From positions 128,001 to 192,000 of the forward strand of contig JBBRSP010000004.1 of NCBI GenBank assembly GCA_038245295.1: a DNA stretch of 64,000 nt, given 5' to 3'. This document shows, one piece after another, positions 1 through 9,935 of the stretch (positions are counted from its first letter, which is position 1; every line of letters starts with the position of its first letter). The DNA is from Candidatus Binatia bacterium. Lineage in GTDB: Bacteria; Desulfobacterota; Binatia; HRBIN30. The translations under genes and the position numbers were made by a program. Below the pieces are notes generated by a model. That model searched no databases. It was not told the origin of the DNA and saw only the letters and a list, made by a program, of their open reading frames with translations.

Positions 1-1
1 C

Positions 2-976
2 GACGCCGAGGGCAATCACGTCGAAGGCAATCTGATCAGCAACAATCATTGCGTCGGCGCACTCCTCTCCGGTGTCGACGGCGGACCCGGCGCGATCAGC
101 AACGTAGTCGGTGGTGCCGATGCGGACACGCGCAATGTCATCGGCGGCAACGGCTGTGTCGGTGTGGCGCTCGGCACCGGGCACTTCAATCATGTCCTCG
201 GGAACCTCATCGGCGTTGATCCCAGCGGCACCGCGGCGTTTGCGAACGCCAGTGACGGCGTGCGCGCCTTCAGCACTGCCACGGCCGATCAGATCGGTGG
301 CACGGGCAGCGGCGAACCCAACTTGATCGCCTTCAATCAGGAACAGGGCGTGCGCGTCGACGGCACCCATGGCGCCGCGCGCATCAGCATCAATCGCAAC
401 AGCATCCACTCGAACCGTGACGGCGGTATCCTTCTCAGCTTCGGCGGTAACGCCGCCAAAACGGCGCCGATCATCGCCCAACACACCAGCACACAGGTGA
501 GCGGCAGCGCCTGTCCCGGTTGCAGCGTCGAAGTGTACTCCGACGGCGCCAATCAGGGGCGCCTCTTCGAAGGAGCAACGGTCGCCGACAGCGCCGGCGC
601 GTGGTCCGTCACTAGCGTCACACCGCTGCACGGACCTTACATCACGGCGACCAACACGGATGGGCTCGGGAACACTTCGGCATTTTCGATCGCCGTCCAA
701 CTCGCTGCGCCAACCCCGACTGCAACCCACACCAACACCCCTCGACGCACGCCAACCGCCACCGCACCAGCGAGCACGCCGACGCCCCTACCCTGCCATG
801 GCGATTGCGACGGCAACGGGGCCGTGACCATCGATGAGGTGATCCGCGGCATCAACATCGCCCTCGGCAGCCTGCAACTTGCCGTTTGCCCGCCCGCCGA
901 TCTCAACCTCGAAGGCCAGGTAACAATCGACGAAATCATCAGCGCCGTAAATTCGGCACTGCAAGGCTGCGGCTGA
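2..976 (+). CDS. Partial (5'-truncated) secreted parallel beta-helix repeat protein with Thr/Pro linker and C-terminal dockerin-like domain
   Basis: Frame is open from base 2 (DAEGNHVEGNLISNN...). Contains GN-x-I-G beta-helix-type repeats, a TPTATHTNTP linker and a duplicated Ca-binding-like tail GDCDGNGAVTIDEV / ADLNLEGQVTIDEI. Confidence 0.8.
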   Translation, partial: DAEGNHVEGNLISNNHCVGALLSGVDGGPGAISNVVGGADADTRNVIGGNGCVGVALGTGHFNHVLGNLIGVDPSGTAAFANASDGVRAFSTATADQIGGTGSGEPNLIAFNQEQGVRVDGTHGAARISINRNSIHSNRDGGILLSFGGNAAKTAPIIAQHTSTQVSGSACPGCSVEVYSDGANQGRLFEGATVADSAGAWSVTSVTPLHGPYITATNTDGLGNTSAFSIAVQLAAPTPTATHTNTPRRTPTATAPASTPTPLPCHGDCDGNGAVTIDEVIRGINIALGSLQLAVCPPADLNLEGQVTIDEIISAVNSALQGCG

Positions 977-983
977 ACGTGCG

Positions 984-1119
984 CCGCAGAGGCGCAGCGA
1001 CACCCACCACGCCAAGGAGATTTGTTCGCTCGAAGGTCCCCGTCGTGCACTCCTTTCGGTCGACCGTTGGTTGCTGTCGTTTCGGAAACAGCTTCCTCGG
1101 CGTCTCTGCGCCTCTGCGG
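984..1119. repeat. REP-like inverted repeat element
   Basis: Perfect 14-bp inverted repeat CCGCAGAGGCGCAG (984-997) / CTGCGCCTCTGCGG (1106-1119), with an inner imperfect pair CGCCAAGGA/TCCTCGGCG, just after a stop codon. Confidence 0.7.
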
Positions 1120-1233
1120 TAATTCCACGGCCCGAGTATCTGAGGCCACTCCCGGTCTTGCGCCGCATATTGGCTTTGCGTATTGGGTGGCTCGCCTGTG
1201 CGCTGTTTCCGGCGCATGCCTCAAGGCAACTGT

Positions 1234-1309
1234 GGTGGGTGTAGCTCAATGGTAGAGCACCGGATTGTGGCTCCGGGGGTTGAGGGTTCAAGCCCCTTCA
1301 CTCACCCCA
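1234..1309 (+). tRNA. tRNA-His (GTG)
   Basis: Cloverleaf with G-1, acceptor GTGGGTG/CACTCAC, D arm AGCTCAATGGTAGAGC, anticodon GTG at 1267-1269, T loop GGTTCAAG, discriminator C and encoded CCA. Confidence 0.97.
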
Positions 1310-1389
1310 CTTTGCTCCTGTGATCGCAGAAGGCTGGCGACCGGACGGTTGGCTACTCCACGCCGCAGGCTTCAACCGGCGGACACACC

Positions 1390-2442
1390 TCACCCACCGC
1401 CTTTCACGGCGGCGATGATCTCGTGCACGTTGTGATCGATCGTCTGCACGTACTCCGTCGTTCCCGGCACCGCACCCGAAAGATGAGCCAGCGTCGCCAC
1501 GCGCGCTCCGGTGTTGTCCGCAACGAAACGGGCGTGGCGCGGATCGTAGTAGGGCGCCGCGATCAGCAAATGAACCTTGGCCTCCTGCATCTTGGCGATC
1601 AATTCGCCAAGATGACTCGTCGACGGCGGAATGCCTGGCTTCGGTTCGAGATGACCAAATAGCTCGAGTCCGAATCGCGCACTGAAATACGGCCAGATGT
1701 TGTGATCGTCGACGAACTTGGTGCCGCGATACGGCCGCACGGCGCCAAGCCAACCGGCTAGCTGCGGCGTGTCACCCTGCGACCCGAGGAATGCGTCGAG
1801 CTGTCCGTGGTCAGCCAGCAAAGCCAGTTTCATCACATCGTATTTCTTCGCCAACACTTCGCCGACCAGGGCGACCGCCACCTGATTTTTGAAAGCTGCA
1901 AATGCATTGGCGAACTGTCCCGCCAATTGCGGACGTAGCTCGGTGAGCTTGGCGCGCACGAGGTCCGCGACCTTCACGCCGTTGATCGGATCGGTCAGAT
2001 AGTGGGGGTTGCCGAACGGATGCACGTCGCCCATCGAGCGATCGACCGTCCCCGCCGGCACTTCCAGGGGTGTCACCGCTGTCGAACAATCGACGTAGCC
2101 GGGATTGCCAGGAAGGACGCGCGGATTGCGGGCGTTCTGCAGCAGCAGAGGCACATAGCCGACTTCCAACTCGAGACCGTTGAGCAGGAGCATGTCTGAC
2201 TCGCTGAGGATCTTGATGAAGCTCGGTTTGGCTTCGACGAAGTGCGGATCCTCGCCGCCCTTGATCATGACCGTTACGGCGACGGCGCTGCCGCCGATCG
2301 AGCGCGCGATGCTGCCCAGATCGGGCAGAGTCGCGAAGATTTTGATCGGCGCATCCGCACGCGCCGGGGTTGCCTGGACAACGGCGCAAAGCGCCAACAG
2401 CACGAGTACGAATCGTAGTCTCACCAGTGAATTGATCAACAT
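1390..2442 (-). CDS. Metal ABC transporter substrate-binding protein (ZnuA/TroA cluster A-I)
   Basis: Signal peptide; motifs EDPHFVEAKPS, NGLELE, GDVHPFGNPHYLTDP and EPKPGIPPS. Confidence 0.9.
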   Translation of the reverse strand: MLINSLVRLRFVLVLLALCAVVQATPARADAPIKIFATLPDLGSIARSIGGSAVAVTVMIKGGEDPHFVEAKPSFIKILSESDMLLLNGLELEVGYVPLLLQNARNPRVLPGNPGYVDCSTAVTPLEVPAGTVDRSMGDVHPFGNPHYLTDPINGVKVADLVRAKLTELRPQLAGQFANAFAAFKNQVAVALVGEVLAKKYDVMKLALLADHGQLDAFLGSQGDTPQLAGWLGAVRPYRGTKFVDDHNIWPYFSARFGLELFGHLEPKPGIPPSTSHLGELIAKMQEAKVHLLIAAPYYDPRHARFVADNTGARVATLAHLSGAVPGTTEYVQTIDHNVHEIIAAVKGGG

Positions 2443-2451
2443 CGTCCGCTC

Positions 2452-4008
2452 CTAGTACTTGTGCGCCGGATGGGTGCCGTAGAGGATCTCGGCACCGAGC
2501 CAGACGGAATGCGCGGCGCGCCCATCGAGATGGCGTGCGTCGTCGTAATTGTATTGCAACCGCAACCGCGAAAACTCGCTGGGATGCCACACCAGCAGCG
2601 GCGAGAAACGAAACCGGTCATCCCGGTACGGGTCGTTTTCCCGCCCACCAACGCTCTGACTGCTGCCGCTGGCATACTCGACCCGCACACCCGTCGCCCA
2701 ACCGTAGTGGAACCCGTAGAGGAGCTGGCTGTAGAAACCATAGTCGCGCAGAATGTCGGCTCCGAGTGCGGCGGAGGCGGTGGGATCCAACGATGCGCTG
2801 GCAGGACTGATGGCGAGCTGATTCCCGGCGGCGGCGCTCGGCGCCGTCGCGCCCGACGAGTCCGCCGAATAGTCGCGCTTCATCACTTCGGTCTGCCAGA
2901 TCAGAAACGGCCAACCGCGGAAGTTGTCCTGCGGCCGCCAACGCAGCTTCATGTCGGCGCCGTAGATCCACGTCTCGGCCTGCGAGCCGGTCGTGTTCGG
3001 TCCGTGCAAACCCGACACACCCGCCTTCACGCCAACATCGTTCCCAAGCTCGACGAAGTTCTCCCAACGCGCCAGGTACAGCATGTCCTTCATGGCGCGC
3101 ACACTGCGATCGGTGCCTGGCCGGCCACCAATCCCCTGCCCCGCCAGGAAACTCGTCGTCGTCGCACCTTCGTCGGAGTTCTGGATGCCACCGGTCACCT
3201 CGGAGAACCATCCAACGGGTAACAACCAGGCGACGCGTGCCCCGGGGGCGCGCATTCCATCCCCCGCGAACAGGCGCGTGTTGATGATCGGTTGATCAAT
3301 CCAGTCCCACGCATGCGGATGGGTCGCATTCACGAGGCCGAACTCGCTGAGGAAGTGGCCGGCTTTGACTTGCAACCCGTATGGCAGCGAGGTCGTGGTC
3401 ATGAACGCTTCCTCGAGCTCGACGCCGCTCGGCGTAAAGACAATGTGTGCTTCGCCGTTGAAGTAGGGGTCGACGGCACCCATCAGCGACAACTCGGCTT
3501 GCTGCAGCGTGAAGCCGCGGCGATCCGGATCGTGGCCGCCTCCCTCAAGGTTGGACAGCTCGGCGTTGTCGGCGGTCGAAGTACCACCCGCCACCAGGGT
3601 GTCGAAGGACACATCGACGAGGCGGATCTTGCCGCCGCCGACCGGGCGCGACCACAAGTCTGGGCTCGCGCCGGATGCCGGCGCCGCACCGAGACCGGCG
3701 ACGGCGCGATCGAGCGCACTTGCCGCGTCGTCGGGTTTGGCCGCTTCTTCCGGTTTCGGCGATGCCGCCGCCACAGGCGCCACCGGCGATTCCGCCAGCG
3801 CAGTGCTCAGTTTGTCTACCTTGCGTTGCAGCTCATCGAGCTGACGCTGCTTCTCCGCCTCGCCGCGACGCAGCGTTTCAACTTCCTGCCGCAGAGCCTT
3901 CAGCTCACTTTCCACATCTGCCGCCTGGGCAACACGAGCCAGACCCAGGCCGGCAGCAACAACGGCGACCACAAGTGCCACTCGCTGTCGAATCCCGCGC
4001 AACCTCAT
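2452..4008 (-). CDS. Putative metal-uptake outer-membrane beta-barrel protein
   Basis: AGGAGG precedes the ATG at 4008; signal peptide; coiled coil; AVDPYF and NATHPHAWDWIDQP motifs; C-terminal GTHPAHKY; directly upstream of the metal SBP gene. Confidence 0.75.
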   Translation of the reverse strand: MRLRGIRQRVALVVAVVAAGLGLARVAQAADVESELKALRQEVETLRRGEAEKQRQLDELQRKVDKLSTALAESPVAPVAAASPKPEEAAKPDDAASALDRAVAGLGAAPASGASPDLWSRPVGGGKIRLVDVSFDTLVAGGTSTADNAELSNLEGGGHDPDRRGFTLQQAELSLMGAVDPYFNGEAHIVFTPSGVELEEAFMTTTSLPYGLQVKAGHFLSEFGLVNATHPHAWDWIDQPIINTRLFAGDGMRAPGARVAWLLPVGWFSEVTGGIQNSDEGATTTSFLAGQGIGGRPGTDRSVRAMKDMLYLARWENFVELGNDVGVKAGVSGLHGPNTTGSQAETWIYGADMKLRWRPQDNFRGWPFLIWQTEVMKRDYSADSSGATAPSAAAGNQLAISPASASLDPTASAALGADILRDYGFYSQLLYGFHYGWATGVRVEYASGSSQSVGGRENDPYRDDRFRFSPLLVWHPSEFSRLRLQYNYDDARHLDGRAAHSVWLGAEILYGTHPAHKY

Positions 4009-4102
4009 CGCATCCTCCTTGGCGCGCGCCGGCCCACGGGCCAACGCAAAGCCGCGCGCACGAATTTGTGCGCGCTCCGATCATCAAGAATGGGAGTGTG
4101 AG

Positions 4103-4561
4103 TTACGCGCGCGCCGGTGGCGCTCGTGGAGAACTGGGTGAACGGAAGGCGGACTCGGCGATCGCGGCACCGCCGGTTGTCGGCGAGCCACCTTTGAGCG
4201 CGACCAGCCCTGCCAGCCATGCGACCGACGGCAAGGTCGGCGCCGAGTGGTGCGCCACCTGACAGATCGGACACGCCGACGCATCGTGCGGCGACGCATG
4301 GTGCTGCATGTCCGCCGGATGACCGCAAACATTGGTGCCACCCGTCGCGGCAACCGCCGTCTTGCAAGCAAGCTCTGCCTGATCCTCGGTAACCGAAGCC
4401 AGGTGCAGACTTACGTTGGCAAGCTGAAGGACGATCGCGCAGAGAGCGGCGCCGGTTGCAAATTGCCGACGCCAAGAGGCGCGGCGCAAGTATGTCGAAT
4501 GCACGCCCAAGGTTGGTCGAAGTAGCAGACGGTAAGAGAAGTGGTCAAGTTGACGCGCCAC
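4103..4561 (-). CDS. DUF2946-like (CruR/CutF-like) leader protein with CxxC and C-terminal RAPP motif; start uncertain (4489-4561)
   Basis: Hydrophobic N-terminal stretch, His-rich HPADMQHHASPHD, CPICQVAHH and C-terminal SPSSPRAPPARA; upstream of the porin gene. Confidence 0.75.
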   Translation of the reverse strand: MARQLDHFSYRLLLRPTLGVHSTYLRRASWRRQFATGAALCAIVLQLANVSLHLASVTEDQAELACKTAVAATGGTNVCGHPADMQHHASPHDASACPICQVAHHSAPTLPSVAWLAGLVALKGGSPTTGGAAIAESAFRSPSSPRAPPARA

Positions 4562-4886
4562 GGATTGGCGCTCCGCCTTCGAGACACCGCCGCAAGGGCG
4601 GCGTCTCCTCAGGCCGAACGGTTGGCCTGTTAAGTTTTAGGCTAAACTGCCGTTGGGCCTGAGGAGGTCGCATCTTTTCAGCGGCCGTCTCGAAGGGCGT
4701 TCTCGAATAGACCAGCACAGCTCGCCATCTATCTCGGCTGGGTCGCTCCGGGACCCTGGGCACAAGCCTAGTGAGTCTGGCATTTGTCCCGCCGTCCTTC
4801 TTGAGAGTGAAGTGGTGTGGTTGTTCGTGCTGAGCCGCGTGATGTTGTTGTAGTGGCGTCAGCACAGGGCTATCGCAAAGAGAGCT

Positions 4887-5951
<1,065 letters not shown>

Positions 5952-5996
5952 GCGACGCCTTTTCCAAACACGAGAGTGCCGGCGTCGTGGTTTTGA

Positions 5997-6080
5997 CCGG
6001 ATGGGCAGGATATACAGGATGAACACGACAAGAACGCGTCCCCTGTTCCATCCTGTTTATCCTGAATCCTGTCCATCCTG
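5997..6080. repeat. CAGGAT/ATCCTG inverted multi-unit repeat (REP-like)
   Basis: Three GGAT/CAGGAT units (5997-6022) face four ATCCTG units (6050-6080) between convergent genes. Confidence 0.65.
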
Positions 6081-6165
6081 ATGAATTCATTCTGCAGGGG
6101 GGGGCGGGCAAAGCCAGCGCCAGGCGGTACGGAGAGCGTGTCGACCCTAGGGTCGGATCAGAACC

Positions 6166-6423
6166 TCAGGCGTCGGGCGTTTCCGAATCGTGGGCGTGAC
6201 CAATCGCGCGCCGCAGACTGCGACTTACCTTGGCACAATCGACGATTACCTTCTGCGAGTGCACCGACTGGACCGCATCGAGCGGGATTGTAAAGTCGCC
6301 GGCGTTTTCCACATAGACAACCAGTTCGGGGCGCCCACCCGGGGCGACGTCGCGCACCGCACCAAACTCTTCGCCGCCGTCCGCCGTGAATGCCTGGTAT
6401 CCCACTTCGATTTTTGGAAGCAT
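6166..6423 (-). CDS. Small hypothetical protein, PRC-barrel/DUF2171-like
   Basis: GGAGG upstream; sequence VGYQAFTADGGEEFGAV...IPLDAV; protein-like composition. Confidence 0.65.
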   Translation of the reverse strand: MLPKIEVGYQAFTADGGEEFGAVRDVAPGGRPELVVYVENAGDFTIPLDAVQSVHSQKVIVDCAKVSRSLRRAIGHAHDSETPDA

Positions 6424-6511
6424 GGCACGTTCCTCCGCTCCTCAGTCCATTACTCCCGTTACCGAGCCGAGAGAAGGCCAGAAGATTCGGCAGGGACCTC
6501 ATCGAGTCTTG

Positions 6512-6553
6512 CGTTCCCGGTTCTCGTTCTCGATTCTGGGTTCGCGGTTCGCG
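6512..6553. repeat. Degenerate heptamer tandem repeat (GGTTCNC-like)
   Basis: CGTTCCC GGTTCTC GTTCTC GATTCTG GGTTCGC GGTTCGC in intergenic DNA. Confidence 0.55.
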
Positions 6554-6705
6554 ATGCGCTGGCAACGCCGGCTCCGCAGGTTTTGAGACAGCCGCCTGCG
6601 GAGTGTCGAGCACGAAGGCGAGGTTCGTGGTAACAGACGTACCGTGCTTCGCCGGTTACCCTCAAAGTGTGAGACGAGCGCTCGAAGCACGGGTCCTCGT
6701 CAACG

Positions 6706-7620
6706 ATGCCAAGGTCTGCAGGTACGCCGTTGAGGCCGCGCGCGTCGCGTTTTTCCACCTCGTTTTTTATCCTCGCGACGATGAGGAACTGGTGGGTACC
6801 GTATGCTTTTCAACTTGGCCTGATGCGAGGCGCGACGGCCTGCTTCCGCGATGGCGATAGGGTTTCGGTGTCGGCTGCCGACTGGCGCTGCCTACCGTCT
6901 CTGGCGCGGCTCAAGTACCGCTGCGGCGTGCGGGCGCGCGAAGAAGGCTCCGACATCGAGTTGGGATTCCCCAACGGCGTCACCTTTCGCTTATCCCGAC
7001 CAGGGATTTTCTGGCAGATAGGCGTCCTCAACGAGGTATGGGAACGCGATGACTACGAGCTCGAGGGCCGTGATCTGACCGGCAAGATCGTCGTCGACAT
7101 CGGCGGCTACATTGGCGACTCCGCCCTGCGCTTCGCCGCACTCGGCGCCACCGTGCACGTGTTCGAACCCTTCCGGGCCGCGCTCGAGGCGATGCAACGC
7201 AATATCGCCATGTCCGGCACAATTGGGAATCAGATTCAGGTCCACCACGTCGCCGTTTCGACAGCCGACGCCCGCGTTGCGATTCACTACGACGCGTCAA
7301 AAGGGTCACTCGCGCGCGTCGATGCCGAGGGGCGCGGTCCGGACCAAGACATCATCACAACCATCGACGCGGGCCCCTATCTGTCCGACGCCGGCATCAC
7401 TCGATGCGATATCCTCAAGATGGATTGCGAAGGCGGCGAATACGACCTGATCGAGAAGGGCGATCTCCTGGATATCCTCAGGCCGACGGAGATCCTCCTC
7501 GAGTACCATCGCGGCAGCGACGCCCTGGAGGCCGACCTCGGGCGTCGCGGCTACAGCCTGCGAAAACGCGGCAATCAGCGAATCGGAATTCTCTTGGCGC
7601 ATAAGGAACAGCGGATCTGA
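6706..7620 (+). CDS. FkbM family SAM-dependent methyltransferase
   Basis: Motifs VVDIGGYIGDSA, VHVFEP and ILKMDCEGGEY. Confidence 0.85.
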   Translation: MPRSAGTPLRPRASRFSTSFFILATMRNWWVPYAFQLGLMRGATACFRDGDRVSVSAADWRCLPSLARLKYRCGVRAREEGSDIELGFPNGVTFRLSRPGIFWQIGVLNEVWERDDYELEGRDLTGKIVVDIGGYIGDSALRFAALGATVHVFEPFRAALEAMQRNIAMSGTIGNQIQVHHVAVSTADARVAIHYDASKGSLARVDAEGRGPDQDIITTIDAGPYLSDAGITRCDILKMDCEGGEYDLIEKGDLLDILRPTEILLEYHRGSDALEADLGRRGYSLRKRGNQRIGILLAHKEQRI

Positions 7621-7733
7621 GACTAGCCGGATGGCAAGCAACACGGATCACGTGCCCCCTCTTTACCGCCAACCGCCTTTAGCTGCTTTGACTCAAGGCT
7701 GCCCTTCGCAGTAGGTGCTCGGCAAGACATCGC

Positions 7734-7913
7734 ATGCGAACTTCACGCGCCATCGTCCAGACCGGCCCGCGTCAATTCGAGATGCGCGAGCTACCTTTGC
7801 CCGAGATCGAGGCCCACAGCGGCCTGCTGCGTGTCGAAGCGTGCGGCATCTGCGGCAGCGATGTCGAACAATACACCGGCACGATCGCGGTGAGCCTGCC
7901 GTGTATCCCGGGG
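7734..7913 (+). pseudogene. N-terminal remnant of a zinc-dependent alcohol dehydrogenase (GroES-like domain)
   Basis: LLRVEACGICGSD...CIPG; similarity ends where the conserved GHE should follow. Confidence 0.7.
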
Positions 7914-8015
7914 TGCCATTCAGATGCTTGGTGGAGAGATCGACGGCGAGTCGAACATTCACTCTTGATTGATTCCGGCGTGAGGTGGGCCCATCAATGC
8001 GCATCGGAGGTAGGG

Positions 8016-8897
8016 ATGATTCACGAGAACTTGCGACGGCGACTCGAGCAGGCGCCATACAATCGGAGCCTCGGCTTGCGCGTCGAAGCGCTCGGACTTG
8101 ACCGTGTGCGACTGCGCATTCCCTACTCCGATGAGATCGCCAACCCGGGCGGCGCGCTGCATGGCGGCGTCATCGCCTCGCTGATCGATACTGGCGGCGC
8201 GCTGTCGGCCTGGAGCGGCACCGACGTCAAGGGCGACATCGACTCCAGTACGCTCGACTTCAGCGTGAACTTTCTGGCCGCCGCTTTGAACGAGGACATC
8301 TTCGCCAACGCCGAGGTGCTACGGCGCGGCAAGGAGCTCACCTACAGCAGCATCGATGTCCGCAATGCCGCCGACAAACGCATCGCCGCCGGCCTGGTCA
8401 CCTATCGCCTCTTCGATCGCGCCCTGGTGCCGCCGTATGCCGAGCGACAGCGGCATGATGTCGCGCCCGACCCACCGGCAACGCTCCAGACGGTGCGCGG
8501 CGCCAATATGTTCGTCGGGCTCGGCTTCATCGCCAAGTTGGGAATCACTGTTAGCCACGCGTTCGACGGCTCGGCCTTGTTGCACCTGCCGCTGGGTGCC
8601 GACGTGCTGGACGCCAACGGCGCAATCCATGAAGGGGCAATTGCGTCGCTGATCGACACAACCGGGGCGTTGTCCTCGTGGTCGGTCGTCGGACTCAACA
8701 TGTCGTACAAGGCCTCAACCGTCGGCATTCACGTCAACTACCACGCCCCGGCGGACGGCGAAGCCGTCGACGCCTACGCGATGACGCAGCGGCGCAACAA
8801 CGAAATCTTCCTCAATCACGTCACCGTCAGCGGCCAGGACAGTAAACGTGTCATCGCCACCGGCTCGGTCACCTATCGCATCGTCGTCAACGACTGA
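8016..8897 (+). CDS. Tandem (double) PaaI-family hot-dog thioesterase
   Basis: GGAGG-N5-ATG at 8016; two repeats, NPGGALHGGVIASLIDTGG and ANGAIHEGAIASLIDTTG. Confidence 0.85.
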   Translation: MIHENLRRRLEQAPYNRSLGLRVEALGLDRVRLRIPYSDEIANPGGALHGGVIASLIDTGGALSAWSGTDVKGDIDSSTLDFSVNFLAAALNEDIFANAEVLRRGKELTYSSIDVRNAADKRIAAGLVTYRLFDRALVPPYAERQRHDVAPDPPATLQTVRGANMFVGLGFIAKLGITVSHAFDGSALLHLPLGADVLDANGAIHEGAIASLIDTTGALSSWSVVGLNMSYKASTVGIHVNYHAPADGEAVDAYAMTQRRNNEIFLNHVTVSGQDSKRVIATGSVTYRIVVND

Positions 8898-8898
8898 C

Positions 8899-9864
8899 GT
8901 GAAACAGTCTCTCGTCCTGCCGTTCTGGTTCGATCGCCCCGCAACCGAGGCGCTCGACATTGCCCGCAACGCCGAAGCGGCCGGCATCGACGAGTTGTGG
9001 ATCGGCGAGATGATGACGTTCGATGCCTTCGCACTGGCCGCCGCGATTGCCGCGCAAACTCGCCAGCTGTCGCTGATCGTCGGGCCGTTGGCCGTGCACC
9101 TGCGCGATCCGGCGGCCCTGGCTCTCGGTGTCGCCTCGGTCTCGACAATTGCCGGAAGGCCGGTGCACATCGCCCTCGGTGCCTCGACCCCTCATGTGGT
9201 GGCCCAGTGGCACGGTCGACCCTGGACCGACCCGATCGGCCGGATGACCGAGACGGTAGATGCCTTGCGCCCGCTGTTGATGGGAGAGCGATCGAGCTTC
9301 TATGGACGCCACGTCCACAGCGACGGTTTCCGAATACCGCAAGCGCAGGCCGGCACGCAGATCGCCATTGCGGCCTTCGCACCACGCATGATCGACCTTG
9401 CCGCACGAGCCGCGGATCGCGTCGTCCTCAATCTCGTCACCGTGGAACAAACGGCGCACGTGTCACGACAGATCGCGGTCGCCGCGCAGCACGCCGGTCG
9501 CCCTGCCCCGCCGCTTACCGTGTGGATGGTCGCGGCCCTCGACAACGGATTGGAGTCGCGACAGCAACTCGTGCGGCAGCTGGTCGCCTACGTGGGCGCG
9601 CCGGGGTACGGAGAGATGTTCATCAATGCCGACTTCGCGGAGATCGTTGCGCTCGCCCGCTCCGGCGCCCATCCGCGCGAGATTGCCGCAAATATTCCGC
9701 CGGCATTGATCGAGTCGGTTGCGGCGCTCGGCAGCATTGCAGCGATTCGTGAACGCATAGAAGCGTACAGGTCAGCCGGTGCAGCGCAGGTGGCGGTTGT
9801 GCCCGGGACAGCCTCGGATGCAGGGGCGCGGCGTTTGATCGCTGGACTGACTGCCCAGTCTTGA
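8899..9864 (+). CDS. LLM-class (probably F420-dependent) oxidoreductase
   Basis: GTG start 2 nt after the upstream stop; motifs LWIGEMMTFDAFALA, VGPLAV and ALGAST. Confidence 0.85.
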   Translation: MKQSLVLPFWFDRPATEALDIARNAEAAGIDELWIGEMMTFDAFALAAAIAAQTRQLSLIVGPLAVHLRDPAALALGVASVSTIAGRPVHIALGASTPHVVAQWHGRPWTDPIGRMTETVDALRPLLMGERSSFYGRHVHSDGFRIPQAQAGTQIAIAAFAPRMIDLAARAADRVVLNLVTVEQTAHVSRQIAVAAQHAGRPAPPLTVWMVAALDNGLESRQQLVRQLVAYVGAPGYGEMFINADFAEIVALARSGAHPREIAANIPPALIESVAALGSIAAIRERIEAYRSAGAAQVAVVPGTASDAGARRLIAGLTAQS

Positions 9865-9935
9865 AATGCAGTTGCGCCACACGCGCATCCCCTCTCCCAC
9901 ACTCTCACATTCCGCTCGAGGGTAAGCGGCGAGAT

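Noticed and set aside
4633..4648. Imperfect palindrome AGTTTTAGGCTAAACT as a Zur/Fur-type operator
   Set aside because: Single, imperfect and not matching a box I can name; too weak to call.
5997..6553. CRISPR array
   Set aside because: The repeats are short, inverted or heptameric, with no regular unique spacers and no cas genes.
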